A stretch of DNA of 64,000 nt from Glaucostegus cemiculus (taxonomy: Eukaryota), in contig CDPCPM010000196.1 in assembly GCA_976551045.1 (NCBI GenBank), forward strand, positions 5,146,001 to 5,210,000, read 5' to 3'. Below are positions 19,151 through 30,097 of this stretch, piece by piece. The notes under the pieces are model-generated. The model saw only the letters and a list, made by a program, of their open reading frames with translations, was not told the origin of the DNA and searched no databases. The position numbers were made by a program, and so were the translations under genes. Within the stretch, counting starts at the first letter, position 1; every line of letters starts with the position of its first letter.

Positions 19151-21649
19151 ATTGCTACCATTGTAAGATTCACTAGGCTATCATTTACTGGGTGACCCCC
19201 AAGGTTGTCTAAAAATAGGGGAAAGGCAGTAGCTATTCTCTAGTGTTCGAGTAAATCAGCTGCGTCAAACAAACATAGAAAGATCTTCGACAGAGCCTGA
19301 GCTACGTTTTTTTTTGTTTCAGATTCCAGCATCTGTGGCATTTGTATATGCTGGGGGAGTTCATCGATGTTGATTTTCTTTTTGTGACACAGTTCAGTAT
19401 ATTTGGGCGATGTAGAATTGTGTAATATGTAGAAAATCTCTGTACATGGATCATTACTGATGTTATTTTTTTTCAGTTGAGGCATCTCATTAAGTACCAC
19501 TTGAACTATGTATTATTTGGTTCATCAAAACTGCTGAGAGGCACAACAGGAAACTTCGAGATGTTCCTTATATCTTGAAGAAGTCTCCATCCATCACGTC
19601 TCCTGTCAACGTCAACAGGTTTCCTATTCACTGAGGGAGCAGCGCTGTCATTCTGAAGACCAAACAGCGGTTTCTCTTGATATTCCAGTAATTTATTCTG
19701 ATAAGTCAGAGGAAGGCGGTTCAAAACAGATGTGACACTGTTGAACCACTGAGAATGAAAATTAAATCAAAATCAAGTGAAAATATACCAACATTTGAAA
19801 TAGATCCAAAACTACCATCTCTCTCCCTGCATTTAGGGAAGACACCATAACCAAAAATACATTAAATGGTTACAGAACATCAATAAACAATTCAACCAGT
19901 CGAATTTATACCTGCAATCAATAACTTTAGGAGTATTACATTTCTTCTTCAATATGGAAAAAATACTTTTCACTTTTACTCTCTATTTCCTGATAGCTAA
20001 CCAATTTAGCCATTTCGACTGCATTTATCGCATAGGCGTTTCTTCATGTCAACAATGATACACACTTTCCGAAGTGAGTTCGCCATGACTGCCTGCTACT
20101 AAGTTAAGTCAAATCGAGCCGTGTTGTTTGAATGTGAACAACTACGGTGAAGTAAGTGCACAGTGAAAAACTTGCTAGCAGCAGCATTACAGGCAAACCG
20201 TTTCAAACTAGTCACAGAATATAAACCGTACATAACTTTTGCAGAATCAATCCATAGTCGTGTACGTGAGGGCAAATACTGTACTTGATTATTTTTCCAG
20301 AATGTTTCTGCCACCAGCCTGAAACAGATGGTTCTTCCATTATTGAGTGTACCTATGCGCACCTTCTTTGCAAAAGTCTGTAACATTTGCATTTCTCCAG
20401 TCCTCAGGAACAATCCATGGATCTGCAGATGTGTACATGAGTGCACCAAGGCCATTTTGGTGTTATACAAACTGACTTCAGCCGTGCTTCAGTTTCGCAT
20501 TTTGAATCAGGAGTGCGAATTCAATACAAATACCGGGGCATGGCTCCCGAGTAAACCATTAATGATCAACGAAATCAGAGAAATGTGAGTTACAGGGTCC
20601 GAATTTCGAGGCGAGTATTTAAATGCCCTTAATTCCAGCCTCTTTGAATGTGAAATAATGATTTTCCATGTGTTCAACTTACTGTATCAGACAATATTCA
20701 TCAATATTGCCACTGTGATTTGCTTTCAAAACAGAAGGAATAACTTCGCAGAAATGCACTTGAAATTAACCAAATGAGGCTTTAACTAACATTTGTCAAT
20801 ATTTTCCAAGAAATCTGAAATATTTATGCAGCTGCACAGCCTTACCATGAAAACATTCATCATATGAAAACTGTTTTGTCAAATATATGAAACGTTTGAC
20901 CCACAATGTCAAATTCCTTTATTTTCACCTTCTACATACTTGCCAAATTCTCCAGTCACATGCGATTGTCTGTATATATTTCGGTTTTTATCTGATACTT
21001 CTTTCATCTTATGCAACAAACTGAATTCCCAAACTTCAAGATTTATGAACAGATTATCCCCCTTCGCCAGGAGATTTCTGAACAGTTCATGAAACCGTGA
21101 ACACAACCTCATTATTCCTTTCCTTGCACTATTTATGCATGTTAACATTTGTTGTATTTTTTATGACTTTGCTTTATACTACTACCAAAACCAACAAATC
21201 TTACGTCATGTCAGTCAGTGTTAAAACGTCTGAATCAGATTCTGATCTCACGGAAAGCGTCACGTGTTTATTACTTAATCCTTTGATAGGCTGTGGTCAT
21301 GGATACAAATTGCGATGCATTTTGCATTAACGGAAAAAAGGTGATCGATGGTCACTGTGGATGGTGGGCCGTAAGGACTCTTTCCCTGCTGATTCTATTA
21401 ATCTGTGAGTCGCCAAATGCCTTGATATTGCATCCCGCTTGTTCTTTTCCCTCATTGAAACAGGTGCACTGCGGATCACTGTGACAAGGTCTTCTGTAGT
21501 AAATAACCTGCTCCAGCTGTTCAAAGCCATGGCCTTGATGAGCGAGATAAGCGTTAAATACAACCTGGTAGGTTAATACTCGATGCGGAAATTAACTAAA
21601 GCTCAAGACTGGCTCTGACGAGGAGGTCAGTCAGAGACGTATCGAGCGA

Positions 21650-22980
21650 TAGTGTTGGATAGCACAGATGATGCCCTTCAGCCCAACCCATCCATGGCAA
21701 CATTTTGGCCAACCTCCACTCAATGAATTTTTCTCAATTAGGAGAACATCCTCCCATACCTTACCTATTAAAAGACCTTTCTAAATCCCTCTGAAGCACA
21801 TTAATTTTAGCTGATTCCGCCCCCTCCGTTGGAGCAGGTTCCACATCCAATCCATTCGCTCTCTGAAATCAAATATCCCACGGTTCCCTTGAAAAGTCAT
21901 TCCCCTAATATTAAATCTATGTCCGATAGATTCTTTCAAGTCGATCGTGGGAATGGAATGTACGATTCGTTTTGAATGCGCAGGATGGTAACTTCCCGAT
22001 AATCTTTAGTGGGTTTTTACCTTAAAATTAATACATCGGCATGAAAACACAAGGAGTAGGGTAGTGATCACTCTGCTGGAAGGTACTTCCAATGTCAGCA
22101 GCAGATATGCAGTCAACTCGCAGGATAATAGTGGTAGATTTCATCCTCCTCGATATTAATAGTGACTGCGTTGCTGTGCAAGCCTCGGCATGAGTGGAAT
22201 TTTAAAACGAATCCAGGAGATCTTTTGAGCCAGTCGATAGGTAGTCCAACTGATGAAATTGGATTGCTGAACTAATCTTATGGAATGTAGCTGAGTAACT
22301 GGTTCGATTGTCAGTGGGGGAGAATTTCGGTGTCAGTCAGCATACCTGTGTAACATATTGGGCAAATACGCACTTGTTATTAGGTGAGTCCACATCTAAC
22401 ATGTTTGAGTCTTTTACAGATGTTGTTTTGGATTCATGTCCAGCCTGTTGAAAGAAAGGTGAAAGGCAAGGATGGCAATGTTCATGAACTTTGGATGACG
22501 GGAGATAACTTAGGTTTAGTCAAAAGAAAACTGAAACATTTGTCAGATCAAGGAAACTGAGAATGGCAAAGGTGCCAGAGAAATACAAATGCAGCAGTAA
22601 AACATTGAAACAAAAAATGTGGAGAGCGACAGGGGTCATGGAATGCCCTTAGCAAGTGGGAGTTAGTAAAATCTCGATGCAGTTTATTCATATCTAATAA
22701 AATGGTACCTAGAAAGAGAAAAGGAGGTTCAAACAAGAACATTAGAAAGACATTATACCAGGACAAGTGGGCGCCGTATTTAATGGATATTCAGAAGGAG
22801 AAGGACGTGGATGACAGTGATATCACGAAGGGTGCGTTGATATTCTCTGGCATGCTTTAGTAGGAAAGAGTATGTGCCGTGTCTCTCAAAAACGTGAAGA
22901 ACTATAGGTCCCCGGGGCCTGATGAGATCTATCCTAAGATAACGAAGGGAGCATTGCTTGAGATTGCTGAGCCTTGGCCA
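21650..22980. mobile_element. CR1 3'-end (minus, ~21650-21935) joined to a degenerate CR1 ORF2 fragment (plus, ~21945-22980); also in copies B and C
   Basis: cccttcagccca…aaatccctctgaa CR1 tail; SVGENFG, ELWMT, KNYRSPGPDEIYPKI…EIAEP. Confidence 0.7.
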
Positions 22981-23419
22981 GAACTGTCCTTCGGAGTGGG
23001 TTCCAATGTTATCTCTACCAATGTAAGGCTCACCGGCCTGCTGTTTCTGGTTTATCCCTGATTACCTTTTCAATTCAGGAAGCACTACTCTGCAGTTTTC
23101 TGGCGTATCAGCCAAGTCGAACAAAGATGGAACAATTTGCGAGTAAAATGTAGTCAGAATTTTACAAAATCCGCATGTTCCACGATGGAACAGATAAGAC
23201 ACCCTCTATCTCTGAAGATCTCCGCTGCTTTATTCCGAAGTATCTGCCACCCCGAGGGCATTCGATACATGGACGCCCAAGGAAATATCTGCTTTCCAGT
23301 ACAGCTCAACGACTAAGTGACTCCACTTGATTGCTCCAAAAATCCACACATAGATTGCGGTAACAGACACAGCTATTGTTTTACATCCATTGATACAGAG
23401 TCCAGCAGTCAGAGGCCAT

Positions 23420-23553
23420 CTCTTTCTCTCTCACACTCTCTCTCTCTCCTCTCTCTCTCTCGCTCTATCTATCTCTCTCGCTCTCTCTTCGACTTTGTTT
23501 CCAAACAACCAGTACGCTCCAGTCATAGTCTTGCTCTCTTGAAGATTAGACAA

Positions 23554-23588
<35 letters not shown>
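23420..23588. repeat. (CT)n and (AC)n microsatellites (also 43417-43585 and ~63400-63560, different lengths in copy C)
   Basis: Directly visible dinucleotide runs. Confidence 0.9.
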
Positions 23589-23589
<1 letters not shown>

Positions 23590-24012
23590 CTCTACAGTCC
23601 AGTTGCCTTAAAGGGACATTCACCGAGTATCAACCTGGATCGTTACACTTCTCATTACAATATTTGCAGAAATAGATGGAAAGTCGACAAAATAACCTTC
23701 AGAGAAAATGTGTTGATTTTTTTTTAATGAAATCTGAAGCATTTCACCAGCTGAAGACCCAGAGTAAGGGCAGCAATCTTCATCTGAAAAGTGTTTGGTG
23801 TAAAATTGACAAACGTTTGAAGGACAATCTCGAATTCCTTGCTTTTCGCCTTCACTTATCATCTTCCAGACAGTCCATTTTCGGAAGCATTCCAAATTGT
23901 CCAGATGTATGCGTTTGTCTGCATATATTTCGGTGTTTATTTCACTCTTCCTCCATCTTCAACAGGAGACCAAAAACACAAGCTCAACGATTTGGCAACA
24001 GATTCTTATCCT

Positions 24013-25376
24013 AGTCCACCGATGATGCAGTCTCCTCTGCCATGCACTCTGCACTACATCACTTAGAGAAGAAGGACTCATACTGCCGACTGCTATTCAT
24101 CGACTTCAGCTCCGCTTTCTATACCATCATCCCGCAACAGCTTATCAGGAATTTGAGCGCTCTGGGCATTAAGTCTCCTCTCTGCAACTGGATACTGGAT
24201 TTTCTAACTTGCAGGCAGCAGTCAGTCAAAATTGGTGAAAACACCTCAAGCACCATCACACTGAGCACTGCCTCCCCTCAGGGTTGTGTGCTCAGACCGC
24301 TCCTGTTCACCTTGTTGACCCACGACTGTGAGGCCAGATTCAGCTCCAACCGCACTGTTAAATTTGGCGATGACACGACAGTGGTGTGTCTTGTCACGGA
24401 TGACGATGAGTCGGACTATAGAGAGGAGGTGAACCAACTAGCCGTGTGGTGCCATGACAACAACCTCTCCTTGAATGTGGATAAAACCAAGGCGATGATA
24501 GTGGATTTTAGGAGGGGTCATCGTGTGCACGCCCCGGCTGACCATCAACGGGTCTGCTGTGGAAGAAGTACGCAGCACCAAGTTCCTGGGGGTGCACATC
24601 ACCGACGACCTGACCTGGTCCACTAACATTACGGCCCTCACGAAGAAGGCTCAGAAACGCCTCTACTTCCTGCGGAGACTGAGGAAAGCGTACCCACATC
24701 CCTCAGTCATGAAATCCTTCTACAGGGGGACCATTGAGAGCATCCTAACTCAATGTATCACTGTTTTGTTTGGAAGCTGCTCAGCTGCTGGGCGGAAGTC
24801 CCTCCAGAAGATACTTAGGGCTGCGGAGTGGATCATCGGTGTCTCGCTTCCATCCCTCGCAGACATATACAAAGACCGTTGTGTGAGGAAGACAAAAAGC
24901 ATAATGGCCGACCCTTCTCACCCCTCACACCACCTCTTCACAATTTTGCCATCAGGGAGGAGGCTTAAATGTATCAGGGCAAGAAGGTCCAGGCTGAACA
25001 ATAGCTTCTTTCCGCAAGCCATCAGAACTGCAAACTCTCTCATCCCTCCATCTTCCTTTGATAACAGTAAGAGATGCGAGGTGCACATAAATGCATCAGC
25101 ACTTTAAATGCCCGACACCAGCCCGTTCACTTTAAGAACAATTTATTTATTTACTGGCCATTTTTAATTTAATCTGCGTAATAATTTAATTTCAATCTCC
25201 ATAGCTTCTAATGTGTAATGTTTTGTACTGTGTATTCTGCCAAGTGTGTATGTGTCTCTCTGTTGGTTGTTATGTTATTTTTTTGTGGGACGAGCACCTG
25301 AGGAGGACGGTATCTCGCTGCTATGCATACTATGTGTGTATATGATTGTGACAATGAACTGATTCTGATTCTGATT
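24013..25376 (+). mobile_element. 5'-truncated Rex1/Babar LINE, RT with one frameshift and (GATTCT)n tail
   Basis: STDDA…[23 protein letters not shown]…[11 protein letters not shown]…KFGDDTTVV…[15 protein letters not shown] / [14 protein letters not shown]…KAQKRLYFLRRL…SFFPQAIR; tail gattctgattctgatt. Confidence 0.9.
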
Positions 25377-25429
25377 TATATTTCCGAATGGAGCAGGGTC
25401 TGTCCGAATAAAATTATCACATTTCGACA

Positions 25430-26020
25430 GCATGGAACATTTTGAAATGTAGATTCTGTCAATCAAGTTTCAGGGCCCGGATTTGCGGAAGCTCAGCAGA
25501 GAAGTTCTTAATATCTGCAGCTCACAAGTGTTCTGTGTCCAAAGGATTCAATGGAAGTTCCGCAAATGGAAAATTTCAGATTGGTTTGTAAATCACTTCT
25601 CCAATTTTAATAAACGTGGCTGTTGATTCAATTTTAGAAACAAAATGCTGTCTATGGGGATGATTCTCATGCAATCAGGACTTTTTTATTGAGAAATTGA
25701 GACTCTTTTCCGATTGACATGGAGAATGCACACAGAAATAAATTGCAATATTCTGAAGTAGTAATTGCGTTTATTTTTGAAAGCAAAATAATGTATTACA
25801 TTTGCAGTTCACCGCTTGCGAGGTGCCTGAACCTCACGTTATGTTATGAATCACATCATTGCTCTTGCTGTGTTAAATCCACTGCTGATGATCCACGTTC
25901 CGTGCGTGTGTTTCACTAAGCTCCATATTTGAAATGAACGGACACTGCATTTAAGGCCGTTGATATTAGAATACATTTGAAAACAGGACAGGTATACCCG
26001 CTGACTCACAGCGCCAGGGT
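25430..26020 (+). repeat. Ancient internal repeat block, member 2 (45427-46017 in copy B)
   Basis: Collinear similarity to 5535-6125, including the same SINE head ggacaggtatacccgctgactcacagcgccaggg. Confidence 0.75.
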
Positions 26021-26021
26021 C

Positions 26022-26912
26022 TACGCTGGACTGTGTCCTCAACTCTGCAGCTTCTTGCAGTCCTGGGCAGAGCAATTGCCGTAGCAAATCGTGATACATC
26101 CAGACAGGATGTTTTCTATCGTGCACTGATAGAAGTTGGTGAAGCGAATTTCTTTAGCCTCCTGAGGACGTAGAGGCGATGCTGAGCATTCTTGGCAGTG
26201 GCATCTACGTTATTTGACGAGGACAAGATGTCGTTGATGTGCAGTCATAGGAACTTGAAGCTCTCAACCCTCTCGACCTCAGCACCGTTGATGTAGAGAG
26301 GTGCATGTCCACCGTCCTCTTTTCTGAAGTCAATGACCAGTTCTGTCGTTTTGTTGACATTGAGGGAAAGGTTGCTGTTTTGACACCATTCCACTAAGCT
26401 CTCTATCTCCTTCCTGTACTCGGACTCATCGCGTTGGAGATACGGCCTACAAAGGAGGTTTCATTTGCAAACTTGTTGATGGAGTTAGAACAGACTCTGC
26501 CCACACAGTCATGAGTGTAATGGGAGTAGAGTAGAGGGACGAGGACGCAGCCTTATGAGGCACAATAGTTGAGAATAATCATGCCGGAAATATCGCTGCC
26601 CATCCTCACAGACTGCGGTCTGCTGGTTAGAAAGTCAAGGATTCAGGTACAGAGGGAGGTTTAGTCTCCTACGTCTCGGAGGTTGGTGTTGTTTGCTTGA
26701 GATGATAGTAATAAAGGCAGAGCTGTAGTCAATAAACAATGTCTAACGTAGGTGCCTTTACTGTCCATATACTCCAGAGCAGAGATTAGGGACAGGTTTA
26801 TGGCGTCCGCTGTGGACCTGTTTCGGCGATAGGCGCATTTCAGTGGGACAAGTTTGTCTGGTAGGCTGGAGTTGATACGTGCGATGACCAGCCTCTCAAA
26901 TCACTTCATGGT
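26022..26912 (-). mobile_element. Older degenerate Rex1/Babar LINE RT fragment (46019-46909 in copy B)
   Basis: Minus strand: TNFYQCTIENILSGCITICYGNCSAQDCKKLQ, KFLxLHINDI, KFANET, RHCLLTTAL/DYSSAF, AYRRNRSTADAI. Confidence 0.8.
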
Positions 26913-27009
26913 GGATATCGTTCACCCTCTGTTTTAATGCAAATACCCCCCAGGTCATCTTTCAGACGCCCTCGTCTGATCTTAAGCCTGTGTCACGTAG
27001 TTTGCCACA

Positions 27010-27560
27010 GATCGATCGTGGGAATGGAAAACAAAGATACTGGTTGAACACAGTGATTTTCATCTCCCGATAATCTCTGGAGGGTCTGTGTTCTAAAAAT
27101 CATTCATCAGCATGAAAACACAGGGGTTGGGTGGTGATGAGGTTGCTGCAATGTTCCTTCAAATTTCGCAGAGGATATACAGTCACAGGGCCAGTGGAAA
27201 TTTAAACGTGAATCCAGGAAGGCTGTTCAGCATGTTTGTAGGTTGTACAACTGGGGAAGTTGCATTCCTGGACCTAATATTATGAAATGCAGCTGAGTCA
27301 CTGGTTATATTGTCAGTTGGGGAGAATTTCGGAAATAGTAACCATATCTCTATATGTTTTGGAAGAATTCACATCTGTTCGTTAGTAAATCCACATCTGG
27401 CATGTGGCAACCTTTGAAGAAGAACTGTTCAGAAGTTAAGCCCATATTGTTGATATAAGGATGAAAGATAACGATTGCAAGCTCCAAGAACGTTGGAGGA
27501 ATGGAGATAATTTGGGTTGAGTCAAAAACAAAACAAAAAGAAAACCTTTATCAGATCAAT
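27010..27560 (+). mobile_element. Degenerate CR1 ORF2 fragment, paralog of ~21940-22550
   Basis: Shares junction tcgatcgtgggaatggaa, catgaaaacaca, ggggagaatttcgg and tccacatct; GENFGNSNH motif. Confidence 0.7.
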
Positions 27561-27674
27561 GGTCCTGTTACAGAGAGAGGTGTTGAGTCCTAGGTCTCGG
27601 AGTTTGTTGACATGTTTGCTTGGGATTATGTTATTGGAGATAGAAACCACGACCTATTACACCAATTCATGCCT

Positions 27675-28040
27675 CCAATGTGTGAACATTTTGAAAGGTA
27701 GCTGTTACCAATGAAGATTCAAGGTTCAGCTCAATGGAAGCCGAGCAGAGATGTTATCAATATCTGCAGTTTAAGTTTGTTTTTACCCAAGAAGCGATTC
27801 AAAGAAAATTCTGCGAATTGAAAGATCGAAGATTGGCTTACCAATGACTTCTCCAATATACTAAAACGTAACAGCTGATTAAATTTTGTAAACATCATAT
27901 TGACTCTGGGGATAATTCTAATCCAATTAGTTGTATTCGATGGCAAGTGGAGCCTAAGGTTCGGACTGACATGGACAAAGCACTTGGAAATTAAGTGCAA
28001 AATAGAATGCAGTAGTAATTTTGTTCATTAAAAATGCATG
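27675..28040 (+). repeat. Ancient internal repeat block, member 3 (47672-48037 in copy B)
   Basis: Similar to 5535-5890 (aatgtgtgaa.att.tgaaa, aattctgcgaa.tgaaa, aatgacttctccaat, gttcggactgac.tggacaa). Confidence 0.75.
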
Positions 28041-29399
28041 CTTCGTTTAGCTCCAGTTGTCCTCTCGGTTGGCAATACCTTAGGTACAATTGTTGCAATA
28101 TGTTTCAAAAGAGATCTTATAGCATATTCGATGGAAAACCAAGCGACATGAGATGGTAGGAACAGTGGTTTTGTTCTGGATACTGGAGTATCAATGGGCT
28201 TCACCTCAGTGGAGTGAAATAGCAATTGGAATTCACTCAAGATAAGTTGAAGTGATTTGTCTGGAGAGTGAAGACAAGCAAACAAATGCACAATAACTTG
28301 TGGACGAGTGAGAGGAAAAAGGAACAGACCACTGCTTCTTATCGATCGGAAAATGAGATGGTCGTTGCACAAAGCATTGAATAAGTGGAGAGTTATCTTG
28401 CAGCAGAGAGGGGACAAGGGTGATTTCCAAAGGTATTCCTGGACGGGTAAATACTAAGTTTCAAGGGAGATTGGTTAAACATCCGTTTACCTCTTACGAT
28501 TTGAAAGTCGAACTTCAGCAATGCATGTCAATCATTACAGATTAGTTAGAGTGACCAGAAAGAGCCAATTTCTCCTTGAGCAAGATCATTGACTAGGGTT
28601 GTATGGTTGTCAGCACACTGAGAAATAGAATATGACATCGATTTATTTTGTTCTGGATGGATGGAATGAAGTTCTCTTGCTCTGTAATTTCCTACTATTT
28701 TTTATCATAACATAAAACACCATAAATATTCTGCAGGAAAAGTAGCGCCTTGTAAACTTCTATGTTTCTAATCACTGACACCAAACAACTCGAATCTTTA
28801 TTGAATGGCAACTGTTGGTTTGCAGAAATTTCCTTTCGGAATTGTACCTCGTTACAGAAACGTGTACATTTGCACAATAGATTTATGGATAGGGCTGTTA
28901 TTACAGCCTCTTTAAGTGAATCATTGCTAACATTTTGTTTATTTAATACTCAGATATATTACACTGCCATACTCCTGGTATTGAATGGCAACGGAGATTA
29001 CGCGATCCAAATTGTTCAGCTGAATCCCCAATTGCCTGAATTACACCTTCATCGAAACTGCTCAACCATGGATTCTTTGCACAGTCCCATTTCTTCAGGC
29101 CATTGCAGGTTGAAGCAGCTGGAAATAGTTGCAGTCATTTAACATTCAGAAATATACCTACCAAGACACAATCTCAAAGAATCACACGTATCTACAACAA
29201 AGTTGTGTATTCTCCAGCAGCTACAATCGATTCAGGCCAGACAAAATCCATATCACTTAGTTCAATGGTCTCTCCGCGTCACACGAATAAATATTGAGTC
29301 CACTGCATCTATGTGTCTATGTTTCATCTGGTATTATGTAACTATATGTGGTATTTTGGTAAGCCGGGTTCATTTGTTCAGAATTTAGGTAAGTAGTGG

Positions 29400-29600
29400 A
29401 TAGAGCCTTTTCCTCATAGCGCCAGAGACCCACTTTGAATCCTGACATCGTGTGCTGTCTCTGTAGAGTTTTCACGTTCTGTCAGAAAGTGCAGGGCCCT
29501 CCGAGTGTTCTGGTTTCCTCCCAAATCGAGAAACTATGCGGATTGCGAAGTTAATTGCCCGCTGTACATTGCACCTCTCTGAGAGATAAGGGTGGAAGTT
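29400..29600 (+). mobile_element. V-SINE (HE1-like), degenerate (49397-49597 in copy B)
   Basis: cctcatagcgccagagaccc…gaatcctgac…tgctgtct.tgtagagttt.cacgttct…tggtttcctccca. Confidence 0.7.
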
Positions 29601-29629
29601 TCGTCAAAGTTCGATGACAAAAGTTAGTT

Positions 29630-30097
29630 TAAGTTTAGTCAAAAAAGAAAAAAAATAGAAGCACATATTCGGTTCAGGAAGCTAAAAGTGGGTAAAGCCC
29701 TTAGATAATATAAAGGAAGCTGGAGTGAACTGAAACAAAGAACCAGGAGGGCTTGCAAGGCCTTGAAATCTCTTTGGCAAACAGGAGTAAGTAAATTTAA
29801 ACATTAAATTAAAGCAGAAACGCAGCCAGAGAAATTGTACGTCTTCTCAAGCATTAAAGGCGTAATCTACACATGGACGCATAGGAACTGGGCGATGCTC
29901 TAAAAGAATTGTCACAGCTGCATTTACCAAGGAAAAAGAGATGGATGATGGTGAATTCAGGGTATATTGCAGTGATAATCTCGGGAATATTGATGTCACT
30001 AAAGAGGAGATATGTTTCTTAAAGATCATTAATGCGGATGTTCCCACGGCTTGATGACAATATATCAGGAAAGTGAAGGATGCATGGTGGGAGATTG
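29630..30097 (+). mobile_element. CR1 ORF2 fragment, 5' half of the element interrupted by the ERV (49627-50094 in copy B)
   Basis: FTKEKEMDD…DVTKEEI…LKIINADVP.G.D…WEIA, collinear with CR1 ORF2 just upstream of the ANVV segment at 33286. Confidence 0.65.

Noticed and set aside
23317-23727. 136-aa ORF
   Set aside because: Spans CT and AC microsatellites and is broken in copy C
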